A stretch of 64,000 nucleotides of DNA, taken from assembly GCF_009914755.1 (NCBI RefSeq), contig NC_060932.1. One strand, given 5' to 3'. Origin of the DNA: the human T2T-CHM13v2.0 reference genome, Homo sapiens. Below the pieces are notes generated by a model. It searched no databases, was not told the origin of the DNA, and saw only the letters and a program-made list of their open reading frames with translations. Below are positions 12,800 to 28,702 of the stretch, in pieces (position 1 is the stretch's first letter; the number at the start of each line of letters is the position of its first letter). The position numbers were made by a program, and so were the translations under genes.

Positions 12800-13010
12800 T
12801 CAATCAATATCCACTTATTGATTTAACACTGAGTGCCTGCACATGCCAGCCACTGCTCTAGGCGCAGGGATGGTGTAGCAGACAAGATCCAGGTGGTCCT
12901 TCCTTTCTAAGAGATTATATAGTACTTGAGGAAGACAATAAACAAAGAATCTACAAACAGAATGTTTTAGACAGTAGCAAGTGTTAAAGGAAGAAAACAT
13001 GGTGACGATG
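12800..13010 (-). mobile_element. L2 3' end
   Basis: actgagtgcctgcacatgccagccactgctctaggcgcagggat...gacaaga. Confidence 0.65.
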
Positions 13011-13775
13011 GTGAGGAGTGAGCACAAACCCCCCTCCTCTGTTCAGACCCTGTGGTGGCTCCTTGCAGCCTCGGCATGGAGCTGGGTCCTTAGCTGGACT
13101 TGCAGGACCCTGTCGTGTGGAATAGGCTTGTCCACAGCCTCCTCCACCCTCCATCACACCTGTACCTGCCCCTCTGGGGAGCCATTTCCCCTGACCTCTA
13201 CTCCTTGGCCTTTCCTGCTCTGTCCCAGCAGTTCCTGCTCCCCTTGCACTTCCCCCTACTTCCCCTGCCGATCCTCCTCGACTTTCCGGGCTCAGGATGT
13301 CAGAGGAAACGTCCTCGGTGCCCTGTGATGTGCTTCCTGAACAGCCACGCCCTCTTCTTCAGATCATGGCTTGCTTCACCAAGCACTGCATTCCCGTCCT
13401 TACTTTCCTGTCTTGCTCAAAAAACTGGAGCTCACTCAACTCTGAACACCCTGGGCCTGGTACCAACTTGGCCTGAGTCAGCTCTCACAGCTCTGTTTGT
13501 GTCTTCCTTCACCTGTTATTTGGCTGCTGTGCAGGGTAATGAGATAATGCCCACCAAGTGCCTAACAGGTGTGCGACAGTAATTATGAGTCCCAAACCCT
13601 CCTTACAGTATGCCTTTTAATTCAAAAGGGAACATTATTTTAAAGATTTTTTTAAAAAATTCAGGCATTATTGGAATATATACAATAAAGGTTAAGTCTT
13701 CTTCTCACTTAGATTCTCTAGTTTCTTACCCAGAGCTTCAACAGTAAGCCAATAAGCATTTAATACCACTTTTGT

Positions 13776-14078
<303 letters not shown>

Positions 14079-14117
14079 ACCACCTTTGTTTGTGTGTGTA
14101 TGTGGATGGATAGATAG

Positions 14118-14819
14118 TGTAAAATAAAAATAAAATAAAATTCTACAGCCCCTGCAACTGACTGAACGGACCCCCTCTTGGCCAAGGGAACCCCAGGGAG
14201 AAACGTTAAAGGCTGAGTTCCTGGCCATGATGGGAAGAGAGGTCGGATGAACCTCATCATGCCCCGTCCACTTTGGGGTTTAGACACAACTGACCAGCAT
14301 TCATGTTAAAAGAGAGATCATAAGATTGACAAAACAGACTCTTGGGACAATGAGACACCAAATTATAAACAAGACCTAGTACTATTCAAGGCAAGGGTTG
14401 AGTCAGGCCTGCAGGCCATCAATCTTGCTAAACATGTCATTTTATTGTGGCTGCCTCTGACACTGCATCCTTATCTTAACTCAAGCATTCCTTTCTGTTG
14501 ACTCCAAGTTTCAGACAGAGCCTTACTCCTCTAACCAATTGCAAATTAAAAATCTCTGAATCCGCCTATAAGCTACAAGCCCATGCTTTAAGACATCCCA
14601 CCTTTTCAGGTCAAATCAGTGTATACCTTCCACATATTGCTTTCTGTCTTTGCCTGTAACTCCTGCCTCTCTGAAATATATAACACTAAACTGTAATCCA
14701 ACCTCCTGGGGACCACTTACTCAGGGCTTCTTGAGTTTATTTTCCTGGGCCATGAGCATTGATTGGCTCAGAATAAACCTCTTAAAATATTTTTGCAGAG
14801 TTTGGTTTTTCTGTCAACA
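14118..14819 (+). mobile_element. MER4 (D/E-like) ERV1 solo LTR
   Basis: tgtaaaataaaaataaaataaaattcta...gactgaacggaccccctcttggccaaggg; ends ctgtcaaca; 4-bp TSD atag within a (TAGA)n tract. Confidence 0.8.
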
Positions 14820-14831
14820 ATAGATAGATAG

Positions 14832-15153
<322 letters not shown>

Positions 15154-15257
15154 ATCCCCCTTTTTTATACTAATAGAAGCTATAAACACTGTTCTATATC
15201 TTCTTTTTCTCACAACGTATCAACATAACTTAGAGATCATTTCATATTAGCACATGC

Positions 15258-15567
<310 letters not shown>

Positions 15568-16449
15568 TAAACAGCTGCCTGATATGCCATGTTATGGGGG
15601 TTCCATAATTTATTTAAGTGGCCTGTTAGCAATGGACATTTAAATTTAAATTTTCTACAGACTTTTGTTACAAAACACCATGCTGCGACATACATCATTG
15701 CACACTGTCTGGTGAAAGCGCATCAGAATGGATCCTTGTCCTTGAGTGCCCAACACGGAACCTGGCTGTAAGGCAGGGCTCAGTGCCCGCCATGCATTTG
15801 AAAGAGCAGCTGCCTCAGACCTCAGACTTAGTCTCCTTCATAGGAGGTGTTTCTCTCCCGCGAGCTCTGCCCCCATCCCAGGAAAGGCAGCCAGAAGCTG
15901 AACGCCCAGACCCTGCGCTATACAAATATCAGTAAACAAATAGGGTGACTTTTTTCTTTAAATTCAGACGTGTTGGGACACCAATTTGGATCTCTTGCCA
16001 GATTTGAGAAGCCTGTTCTTTCTGAGCCTGAGAAATACTAAGATCTCCTCTATTGTGGTCAGACTTGAAGCTAAAGGGCCTCGGGGCATTTTCTTTAGTT
16101 GCAGATGGCTGGAGAGAGGTTTTCCTTGTTCGCCTTTAATGGCCATTGTTAAGGGACAGAAAGAAAGGCCCTGGGATGTCTTGAAGGTACTGAGCCAGAG
16201 GCAGAACTCACAGCTCACCTCAGAGGTGAGGGTGAGAGTGTGAAATGCTGTGGCGGTGAAAGTGAGGAGTCCTCGGTGTTCTCTGAGGCCAAGTTTCACA
16301 GCCCACTTTCTTCCCTCCCCATGCCCTGGTGGAATGCGGGCATTAGGATGGCACAAGCTCCACTTCCTGGCCCCGGGAGGAGGAATTCCCTGCAGGAGGG
16401 AATAGGCCCTTCAGAGCTGATCTGTCCTGTGAGAATTCCCAGCTGTGTG

Positions 16450-16560
16450 TGTGGCTTGTCCTCCCCACTAGAACAGGAGCTCCCTGTTGGAAAGGATCAT
16501 TCTGTACCTCGCTCGTGCCCACTCACGAAGCAGATGCTCAACACATGCTCATGAAATGAA
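16450..16560 (+). mobile_element. L2 3' end
   Basis: ctccccactagaacaggagctcc...gatgctcaacacatgctcatgaaatgaa. Confidence 0.55.
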
Positions 16561-16654
16561 GCCAGCCTTGTCCTGACTGCACTTCACTCAGCCCTGGTTG
16601 AAGAGGTACGTGACATGGAAGTGTTGAGAACAGTTTGATTCTTGCCATTTTAAG

Positions 16655-17170
16655 TCAACTCAACAAATACTTATTTATTAAGCTACACATCAGGCATCTT
16701 CCTTGAGATTCTCAGGCCTCTTCCTCTCCAGGTATTATGTTCTGAGAATAGAGACAAAGTCAGCCTCAAGAAGATATGAAAAATGATGAGTGCTATAATG
16801 AGAAGGGTGCAGGCAGATACAGAAACACAGAAGAGGGGCCTGGAGGTTTCCAATTAGAGTAGATCCAAGAAAATTTTCTGGAGAAGGTGACATCTAAGTT
16901 GCATCCTGAAGCATAATACGTGATAGTTGGTTGAGGAATGGGTTTGGGTCAGGTAGCTGTGATATTCTGGGCAGTAACAGGCTCCAAGCCACATGTGGGG
17001 CATTGAGAGCAGCAAGGAATGGTTTCAGGGGGCGAAATAGAAGGCTGTAGAGAGAAGGAAGAGAAAGCTGGACAGGAGGCGGGCCACAGGACCTGTGAAC
17101 CGCCCAAGGAGCACTAACTTTATTCTGAGAACCATAAGGACTTGACAGGGTTTAAGCAGGGACTGACCCA
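16655..17170 (-). mobile_element. L2 fragment carrying a templated insertion
   Basis: tcaacaaatacttatttattaag...ttctggagaaggtgacatctaagttgcatcctgaag...agggtttaagcaggg. Confidence 0.65.
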
Positions 17171-17377
17171 CCCACCACCTGACTGGGTGCTAGGAACATA
17201 ACATGGGCCATCTCTACCTCCATGGAACTTGTTTTCTATTAGAGTGTGGGCAAGAAGAACAGGAAGGTGACGCTCAGGTTCTCTGCTCAGGTGTAGCTAG
17301 TGGTGCCATTTGTTGTGATGAAGAATAAAGAAGAAACAGGTGTTGACATGCATGCTGTGAGTATAGTATTTTTGTAA

Positions 17378-17914
<537 letters not shown>

Positions 17915-17984
17915 TAATCTGAAAGTACATAATGCCAATACCTAATTATAGCTTCATGCATTACTTGAAATTGGGATGGGGAAT

Positions 17985-18150
17985 CATACAGATATGGATT
18001 TGGATTTAAGTTCTGCTACTTCCCAGGTACATGAGCAAGAGGCCCTTGTGGTCTTAGTCTCATTTGTAAAATGAGGATATTAGCAGCAACTTCATACAGT
18101 TGTTATGAGAATAAAGTAAAATAATATATAGCATTTAGCATAGTTCCTGG
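17985..18150 (+). mobile_element. MIR
   Basis: ctcatttgtaaaatgaggata...gttgttatgagaataaag...gcatttagcatagttcctgg. Confidence 0.75.
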
Positions 18151-18559
18151 AAGAGAGTGAGGGTCAAATCAATCGTGATTGTTCCAGTTATGTGTTTTTT
18201 AACCCAGATTCAAGCCGACAAAGTGAAATGGTCATTGATCCTGTATTTAAAGGCCTCTGGGGACAGGATTTCCACAGCCTTCCTTGGAGGGCTTATTTCA
18301 TTGCCATTGCAGCTCAAAAATACTTCCTGGTGTCTGCCGAGCCCTCTCTCCCTGCCTCTGAAGCCTCATGGAGGACATGTGGTCAGTCCTCCTTGAGATT
18401 CTCAGGCCTCTTCCTCTCCAAACCCTTTTGAGTTTCTTCTTATTACCTCATAAAACCCATGATCTATTTCTGGGATAATTTAATAATTTTATTACTCTTC
18501 TTAGGCCTCAGAGTGAAGTTTTGAAGGCATTCATCTACAGTCCCAGGAACACTCAGTTT

Positions 18560-18862
<303 letters not shown>

Positions 18863-18936
18863 AGGGACACCCAATTTGTATAAGAAAGCAATGTACTGCT
18901 TTATCATAAACTGGGACGAGGTCTGAAACGCTAGGC

Positions 18937-19122
18937 CAGTGGTTCTCAAAATGCAGCCCCTGGACCAGGAGCAACAGCATCACCTGGGAACTTGTTAGAA
19001 ATGCAGATTCTTAGGTCCCACCCTGACCTGTGGAATCAGACACTCTAGGTAGGGTGCCGTGGTCTGTGCCTTAACAAGCCCGTCTTGTGGTTTGCATGCT
19101 CCTTAAATGTGGAGGACTGCTG
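18937..19122 (+). mobile_element. MER5A
   Basis: cagtggttctcaaa...gcatcacctgggaacttgttagaaatgcagattct. Confidence 0.85.
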
Positions 19123-20000
19123 CTGTGTGCAAAATGACAGTGAAGAGGACTGGGGCGAGTGGCTGAGGCCTCAGGCAAACAGGGGAGTCTTCAGGAGAGA
19201 AAGGAAGCTGGCACACCTGCCCCAAATCCATTCACTGCCACATGCAGAAGATGAGAGAGCCACCAACTCCTAGTACCCTTGCCCCCTGGTGAACAGGACC
19301 CCAAATTAATGTCCTAGAATCTGAGCAGCCAGGTCAGCAGCTCCTGTGGAGTAAGGAAGGACTAGAGTGAGAGGAAAGGCTTCCTTCTGGGTAAGAAGAG
19401 GAGAAAAATGCCTATCCTGCCCCCGCAGGGACTACAGCTCTCCCTTTCAACTTACTGTGGGAAATAAACTGCCTTTGTTGTTTTTTTATTATTTTTATTT
19501 TTTCAGTGCGGTGAACTAAAGTGCCCAGATCGTGGGGGTTTTATGATGTGTGTTGGGAATTATTAAGCAATAGATGCAAAATTTCCCCAAATCCAAAGTT
19601 TGGGCCTATCTCCAGAAGCAGAACTTTCCATAGCAAAACATCATCTGTTTTTAAATTACTCTAGAGGTCAAAGACAATCAGAGTGGAAGACAGTTTGAAG
19701 GCACCAACTAGGGACCTACGTCTATTCCACAGTGCAGGGCTGACCACTTCTGGGGTACTCAAGGTTTCTAGGGGCTGGGGGCCAGTTCGTATCTGGGAGC
19801 AGCCAGGCAGGCAGGCTATAATAAAAGGCACTAGTAAGAACACTCTATTAATGGTTTTTGTTTTGCTTTTCATGACTATATGAAGGTCGAAGTTCTACTT
19901 TTGCTCTTTTCTCTGTTTTGTCACAAAGCGGTAATATTCAAAGTTGGAGGTATTTAATTAATTCTGAATCGTTGGGATCTTGTCTCTGTGCCCTGGATTT

Positions 20001-20031
<31 letters not shown>

Positions 20032-20465
20032 TTATATTACGCACTTGGGGAGAAAAGTCATATGAAAACATTAATAACTTTTATTTTATTATTGTCCTGC
20101 CTTTAAACAAGATTTGTGTGTCCGTGCAAAATTATGCCTTTTTAAAATAAATTCACAGTAGTCACGGGCTACCAGAGCAGGTCACTGGTTTGGTTTCCAT
20201 GGTGCTATTGACTGGGGAGCTGCAGGGTAATTATTTCTCCAATTTTGTCAGAAGAAGTACTTATTCCAACCTGACGTAAATGTTTCAAAATAGGTTAATT
20301 ATGAGAGACCTTTACATAAATCTGCTCTCTTCTAAATAGTGTCTGATCTTCCGGCCCGATTTTATGTCTGCTCATTCATGAAGATACTGGGAAGGAGGCT
20401 GAAACATAGAGGATGTGTGGGGGTTTCAATCCCATGTCCATTTTCTGCTTTTGAAAGTGATCTCA

Positions 20466-20622
20466 GGTCACGCACGGTGGCTCACACCTATAGTTTCATC
20501 TACTGGGAGGCTGAGACAGGAGGTTCTCTTGCCAGGAGTTGGAGGCTGCAGTGAGCTATGATCATGCCATTGCACTCCAGCAGCCTTGGTGACACAGTGA
20601 GACCCGGTCTCTAAAAAGAAAA
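20466..20622 (+). mobile_element. Alu monomer (FRAM-like)
   Basis: Single right-arm-like monomer with A tail; TSD-like aaagtgatctca/aaagttacccca. Confidence 0.75.
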
Positions 20623-21149
20623 AAAGTTACCCCAAAGCACCAAACTGGCCTGCCACTGAGGTAGAACAAGCCTTATGTTATATTAGGTACTGAGCAGCCT
20701 CACAAGTTAGAGTAGCCTGGGACAAAGGCCAGAGAGCAAGAACTTGCAGCTAACAGAACACCAGGTGCCTGAACCTTATTCTTAAGCAGTTGTGTGTGCA
20801 GAATATTGCATCAGGCTCTGCAGGAAATACCCAAACAATGCTGTTCCACAGTGTTAATGATGTTCATGTCATTGTGCAACAGATCTCTAGAACTTTTTCA
20901 GCTTGCGAAACTGAAACTCTACACTCTTAGAAATGGTATTAGTAATGGGGGTAAAGAATGGCAGTACATCTCATGGGAAAGAACCCACTAGGTAATATTT
21001 GTTGAATGAACAAATCACGTCTCAGGAAAACTTAAAAAAAATGTTAATTGGGAATTTAAAATGTTAATTGGGAATTTTTGGTATTTGTTTTTGCTAAAAA
21101 CTAAAAAATTATAATATTAAAAGTTAAAATTTGCACTCCGTACTCTGTA

Positions 21150-21960
21150 CTGGAAAAAAAGTAAAATAACTTATAATCCCAATACCTAAACATAACCACT
21201 CTTAACTATTGGTGTTGCTGAGGTTGTACAATTTGACTTTTGCATTATTTATTTAGCAATATACTATGAGCATTTCCAAGGTAATTAAAATGCATCATGG
21301 ACATTATTTTAATGTCTGCATAATTATCCTGTGAGCTATATAACACACCTTTGCTGTTATACGTTAGCTTCTTTCCAAAAATTTGCTATGATAAATAGTG
21401 CCAGCATGGAAGATATTGGGGATGAAGTGTCGTGATGCTGACAACTTACCTTCAAATATAGCAGAATGTTATCAATAGTTGAATCTAGGTGGATGGTATA
21501 TGAGAGTTCATTGTACTTTTCTTTCAACTTTTTTGTATGTTTGAAATTTTTCATAATAAAACATTGGAAATGATAGTGCAGTGATGGATGCTTTTGTATG
21601 TAATTTTAAAAATGTAATCTTTTTCCTGACATAGAACCATTGGATGAAAAAGGTATGAATATCTTGAAGGTTCCTAATACACATACCCAAATTGCTCTCT
21701 TGAAGGTTTACATCAACGTGTGAGACTGTTCATCTCATTCCATCCATACCATCATTGAATGATACCGATTTCTATCCACATTTGCTAGTTTGACAGGAAA
21801 AATAGCATGTCATTGGATTGCTTTAGTTACTAATATATTTGACCACTTTTTTCTCATTTTCACTAGCTCTTTGTATTTCTTTCTTGCGATCATAATCTTG
21901 ACCCATTTTTCTATGGAAACTTTAGTGTTTTCTCATGTCCTTGAATGAATTGTTTTCATT
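21150..21960 (-). mobile_element. Degraded L1ME fragments, with a + strand L1M 3' end at ~21408-21562
   Basis: ttccaaaaatttgctatgataaatagtgc; gttgaatctaggtggatggtatatgagagttcattgtac...tttcataataaaa. Confidence 0.55.
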
Positions 21961-22312
21961 CGATGTTTATTTTTTCTGAGTAACACATGAATATGATTTA
22001 ATACTCAAAGATTTGTAATGTGAAAAAGTAGCTCTTGTTTCACCCCCCACAACACCAGAGATGACCTCTTTAAGGAAGTGTTTTTTCTAGTGTTTTCTCT
22101 AAACAATATGCTTTCTTTTTGCCCTTTTCAAATTTATTAAAGATATCACTTACATACAATAAATGTCTCATATTTTAACTGTACAGTTTAAGACATTTTT
22201 TAATGTGGTAAAAACACATGTAAAAATTACCCTCTTAACCATTTATAAGTGTACAGTTCAGCAGAGTTAACTGTATTTACATTGTTGTGCAATAGATCTC
22301 TAGAACTTTTTC

Positions 22313-22785
22313 TTTTTTTTTTTTGTTTTTTGTTTTTTGTTTTCCGAACCTGACAATTCTATATACATCTTTTTTTTAAAGTTTTTTTTTCTTTTATTAT
22401 TATACTTTAAGTTTTAGGGTACATGTGCACATTGTGCAGGTTAGTTACGTATGTATACATGTGCCATGCTGGTGCACTGCACCCACTAACTTGTCATCTA
22501 GCATTAGGTATATCTCCCAATGCTATCCCTCCCTGTTCCCCCCACCCCACAACAGTCCCCAGAGTGTGATGTTCCCCTTCCTGTGTCCATGTGATCTCAT
22601 TGTTCAATTCCCACCTATGAGTGAGAATATGCGGTGTTTGGTTTTTTGTTCTTGCGATAGTTTACTGAGAATGATGATTTCCAATTTCATCCATGTCCCT
22701 ACAAAGGACATGAACTCATCATTTTTTATGGCTGCATAGTATTCCATGGTGTATATGTGCCACATTTTCTTAATCCAGTCTATCA
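22313..22785 (-). mobile_element. Young 5'-truncated L1PA2-type insertion with apparent 3' transduction
   Basis: cattgtgcaggttagttac, cacccactaacttgtcatctagc (non-Ta state), gatgatttccaatttcatcc; two A tails separated by non-L1 sequence; TSD tttttc. Confidence 0.9.
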
Positions 22786-22877
22786 TTTTTCAACTTGCAG
22801 AACTGAGACTCTATACCCATTAAACAACAACTCTCCATTTCCCCTCCCTCAACCCCTGGCAACCACAAATCAAGTAG

Positions 22878-23286
<409 letters not shown>

Positions 23287-23316
23287 GATTTCCTTCTTTT
23301 TTAAGACTGCATTATG

Positions 23317-23433
23317 TACACACACACACCGCCACCACACACACACTCTCTCTATATATGCATATGTATATTTTTACACACACACACCACACCACACCAC
23401 ATACACACTGTCTCTCTACATATGTATATGTGT

Positions 23434-23471
<38 letters not shown>
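23317..23471. repeat. Compound (CA)n/(CT)/(TA) microsatellite with a duplicated ~60-bp unit
   Basis: Directly visible. Confidence 0.9.
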
Positions 23472-23472
<1 letters not shown>

Positions 23473-23516
23473 ACATTTTCTTTATCCATTCACTCACTGA
23501 TGGACATTTTGGTTGC

Positions 23517-23819
23517 TTTTTTTTTTTTTTGAGACAGGATCTTGCTCTGTTACCCACGCTGGAGTGCAGTGGCGCGATCTCAGCTCACTGCAACGTCTGC
23601 CTCCCAGGTTCAAGCTCACCTTAGATCCTCCACCTCAGCCTCCTGAGTAACTGGGATTACAGGCATACACCCCCATGCCCAGCGTATTTGTATTTTTTGG
23701 TAGAGACGGGGTTTTGCCATGTTGGCCAGGCTGGCCTTGAACTCCTGACCTCAAGTGATTCGCCTGCCTTGGGCCTCCCAAAGTGCTGGGATTACAGGCG
23801 TGAGCCACCACACCTGGCC
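23517..23819 (-). mobile_element. Alu (Jb/Sx-like)
   Basis: Poly-T plus antisense dimer. Confidence 0.9.
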
Positions 23820-24612
23820 ACTTCTACCTTTTTGTTATTGTAGATAATGCTGCAATGAACATGTGTGTGAAAATATCTCTTCAAAATCCTACTTCTAATT
23901 TTTTTTGGATATGTACCCAGAAGTAGAATTGCTTAATCATATGCTCATTCAATTTTTAATTTTTTGAGAAACTTTGGTACAGTCTAAGTAATTTTTTTTA
24001 CAGATATTTCTTGTTCACTTTTTTCTCAGTTGTATAGACATTATCTATTAGCTTCATACTCTGGAAGATAACTTTTATTATACTTCTCTGTCATCTCAAT
24101 TTCCCCTATCTATTGTCTTTCAATCATATTTATGTGCCAAGTTTTGGTTAAATACTATTTTGTGCTTATATTTTTATGACTATACACTCATTATTTGTTT
24201 TATCTCCTTTCCTGTATAACTTTTTGTTTTTTACTGGAGTTAATGATTGCACTATTTTTTATTCCCTTAGTTTTTTATGTACTTACCATTAATTTATAAG
24301 AGCTTCATTTACAAAACTATAAAGTTCCCCTCAATGTAGTCAAATACTTCAGGTAACCTGTTAGTTGCACTTTTTCCTGGAAGACATCCTCTGTCCTCTT
24401 GCTCCATATCCTCTGGTTTCTTTCTTGGTCTGCTGCAGAGCTATTGTCTTAGAAGTTATTTCCATTATCCTGGTTATTTGGTTCATCTCTTTCCAGTGTT
24501 GGGTTCCCTGTTTTCTGGGTTCTATGCCTTTGCTTTCGTCAAGTCTGGTGATCCTTGGCTGCCTGTTTATATTTAAGAATGGAAACTGTATGTTTACGAG
24601 GGGATTGAGAGT

Positions 24613-25284
<672 letters not shown>

Positions 25285-26300
25285 AGAGCGAAAAGACTGA
25301 TTGCCTGTTATATTCCCAGGTACTAGAGAGTCTGTAGGGGTTGAACGGAGAAATAACACTCAAAAGGAAATAAATACAAACACGCAACTATAAATACAGA
25401 ACTATAGATGTGACTATAGTATGTATGCAAAAAACAGTGGTGGCACAGAAGGAGTAATCAGCTCTTTCTGGGAAGCCTTCCCTTCTAAAATACTCTAGTA
25501 ATGATAATGGCAGTAACAGTGGCTAACATTTGGTGTCTACTACGTACATGTGCTATTCAATCCCTGCGTAAGACCAAAGATTTCTTTTGGTTTAAAAATG
25601 ACGACCTTTTCTGAAATAACAGAATTGTATTATCTTGGGAAAAATGAGTCATCTATCAATAATGTTAGAAGAATCAGCACAGGTTGACAAGTGGTATTTT
25701 GAATGTCTTTGTTTCTCCTTCCATCTTGATTCATCTTTTAAAATGAGACAAAGATACAGCTTTATTAAGAGTCATGTCGTTGTGCAGAGCAATGTGTATA
25801 TCATTTGTGTACAAAGGGATGTATGATGCTCATTTTTACGTAAGTTGCATATTTAGCAAAAGCTTTTCTTGAAGGACACACAATATAGTGTGAGGAGATT
25901 CCAGAGGGGGATGGGCTATGCAATTATGTGTAAGCTAAAAAGCTCACCTGCAGCCTGTGGCTGGCGGTGTCGCCAGATCAGAGCTGGATGGGTCCAACTC
26001 TGCCTCATCACTGTCACCTTTCTCTCCCTTCTGGAGCAGTGGTCATACGCTAGACTAGACCCAGGGCTAGTAATCTCCAAGTTAGCTTTGGGGCTGTCAA
26101 CAGGGTCCAGGATTGAAGAGAAAAATCAGACAGACATGAATCAATCTGACAGCAAAACCGGTTCATCAAAACCAGGAAGTCAGGAGCAATTAAAATCAAG
26201 GTCTCAACTACATCTGTGAAGGCAGAAATCCAAGCACGTGTCAAAACCAAGGAGAAGCAGCAACGTGAGTACCTCAGAAGATGTTTACGGAGTATCTTCC

Positions 26301-26528
26301 ATAATAATGATAACTAGCATATATGGAACATCAGTTAAGGGCCAGGCACTGTGCTAAGGTATTTAGAATACATGTTCATTCATTTAATCCTCCCAACAAT
26401 TTTACGAAGCTGACACTATTCTAAGCCGCATTTTATAGAGGCTTAGAGAGATCTAGTGATTTGCCCAAAGCCATACTGCTGGTAGGTATTGGTGATAGGA
26501 TGTAAATCCTAGTATTCTGGCTCTGGAG
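26301..26528 (-). mobile_element. MIR
   Basis: gccaggcactgtgctaag...catttaatcctcccaacaa...gatttgcccaaagccatac. Confidence 0.8.
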
Positions 26529-28254
26529 ATAGGGACTGTGCCAAGGACTGGGATGAAATGCTCATTACATGAACTGGTTACTACTAATAAACATGTAATT
26601 ATGAGCTAAGAAGTCTGAAGAGAAGGAATACAGCTTGTAACTAAGATAATTGAGTTTTCTAGAGAAAAGACTGGGGGAGGAGGAGTCAGGGAAAGAAGAG
26701 TTCCAGGTAGAGAAACTAGCATGTGTCAATTTCCTGTGGCAAAAGAGAAAATGCTGAGTTTAATAAAAGCCACTCTAGTAAGCGCTGGCTGCTTTAGAGG
26801 ACAGCGTGAACCAGTAACAGAACCTCTTGGAGGTCTGTGGAAGTTGATTAATGCTTGGTAATTGCCATCCTTGCCATCCATCTAGGATTTGGGGTAAAGC
26901 GCCCTAGTGGGAAAGCCTCAGGCTTCTTGTGGGGATTGAGTGTGCTCAAGGGTATCAGCATGCAGCACTATGCTGTCCCATGGACTGATACATGTAAGTT
27001 TTGTTCTTCCTCTTTCAGACCTTCATTCTTTCCTTCTGCTGCATTTCTGATTCTGTGGCACAGCTAGAAGTAAACAAATATGCCCAGGTTGCACAAAGAA
27101 CTAAGATGTGAGGGCCCCAGTTCCCCAGTTCCTCTGCACTCTTTGTAAGGAGGCCTCTCTCCCTTCTCCCTCCTCCCTCCGTCTAGGATGACTCACCATA
27201 GCAAAGAGGCAGACAGCCGAAGTGCATTTGGCCAAGGCCAATAGCACATTATGTTGCAGGCTTTATTGGCTTTCCCTACCCTGGGCATTCAAAAGCAATT
27301 CAAATAAGAGATGAACCAGGTGCCAGGATCCATTGATCGGTGCCTGTTTAGAACTGAGGTGGTTGTCAGCTGTGTCCCCCTTTGGCATTCCCAATCCACA
27401 CTTCGCCAGAAAGGCATTGAAGGGTGCCTACTGTGAGTGTGACCGTGTGGGGCTGGCTGGCTGGCTGGCCAAAGCTTTGTTTGTCTGGGTCTCTGCACAG
27501 TGGTGTGGACTCCATCCACCATAGAATTGCCAAGCACAGATTGTCCAACTCTGGAGTTATAACTTTTTTATTTCTGTGAGTAAAAGATTATTCATTTAAT
27601 AATCAGAAGACAATTGGTTATTCAAGAACATCTTGTACACATTACAGGGATTAGTCCTTAACCCTCAGAAAGAAAAGTAACAGACATTCAGAGAATATTG
27701 AAGACTCAAATCAGGAACTGTAGTGAAAAGGAGGAGGATGATGTTAGCAACATTTCTGGAAGTCCTTCCAAAACTTCCTCTAAACTAGACTGGCTTTGTA
27801 GATCTTAGGGTTGCTACAGCATTGCTGTTTCTTTATCTATATCAAATCCTAAACACTTACAGATCACCTGACATAGCCCAGCTCTGTGGGTCCTGGGATC
27901 CCAGAAGAAAAGAATGCCATCAGGATTCCCAATGGAGTAGGGACAGATGTTGACCATTAGTCACCTTGGTGGGACCTCCAAACATCCTAACTGAGGCTTG
28001 TGCAAGGCATGATGGGAACAGAGCAAAAGCTAGCCATATTTGTCTGGGGGATGGGAGAAAGCCTCAAAAGGCTATCTGGTCTTTATAGCCCTCTTCAACA
28101 TGGCCTTGCTTAAGTCCCCCTCTTGAAAGATAATTTGTTTACAATGCTTTATTGTTTAATTTATTGTTTACCTTTCTCTGCCTCTACAGCTGTCATCACT
28201 ACTATGTGTCCTCACCAGAGAGAGGCTTCTGATTGCGCTCCTGGCTTAGGAGAA

Positions 28255-28435
28255 ATGGTTAACATTATTGAGTTCTTCCCAGGAGCCAGCCACTGCCCTA
28301 AGTAAGCCCTTTCTCATTCAATCTTAGAACAACCCCACAAGGAAACCAGTATTCCTTCCCCACTTCATAGATGTGAAATCTGAGGCTTGAAGGGATTCAG
28401 TGGATTTCCCAAAGTCCCACAGTGAGAGACAGAAC
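28255..28435 (-). mobile_element. MIR
   Basis: ctcattcaatcttagaacaaccc...atagatgtgaaatctgaggct. Confidence 0.7.
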
Positions 28436-28481
28436 CAGGGTGGTAAAATGGGCAGTCTGATGGTAGAGAGGTTACTGTAAA

Positions 28482-28702
28482 CAGGAGGCAGCCAACTATG
28501 GCCCATGGGCAAATCTGGCCCACTGCTTGTTTTTGTAAATAAAGTTTTATTGAAACATAACCATGCCCATTTTTTTGCTATCATCTATGGCTGCTCTTAG
28601 GCTAAAAAAGCAGACTTAGGTAGTTGTGACAGAGACCACATGGCCCACACACCCAAAAGTGTTTGCTATCTGATTCTGCAAAAAAAAGTTTACCAAACCC
28701 TG
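28482..28702 (+). mobile_element. MER58A hAT MITE
   Basis: caactatggcccatgggcaaatctggcccactgcttgtttttgtaaataaagttttattg...gtttaccaaaccctg. Confidence 0.85.

Noticed and set aside
12178-12861. Mirror-image ORFs on both strands suggesting paralogous genes
   Set aside because: Explained by inverted repeat IR1 in LTR-derived DNA; the same applies at 35389-35783 (IR2) and 45464/46980 (IR3).
20005-20031. A27 run (and T32 at 34014-34045) as possible processed-pseudogene tails
   Set aside because: No recognisable retrocopy body, polyA signal or TSD; treated as mononucleotide microsatellites.
20851-20929. Isolated 75-bp L1MA-like piece resembling 22264-22822, a possible fifth local copy
   Set aside because: The similarity is no higher than expected between independent old L1M copies; not decidable without a consensus alignment.
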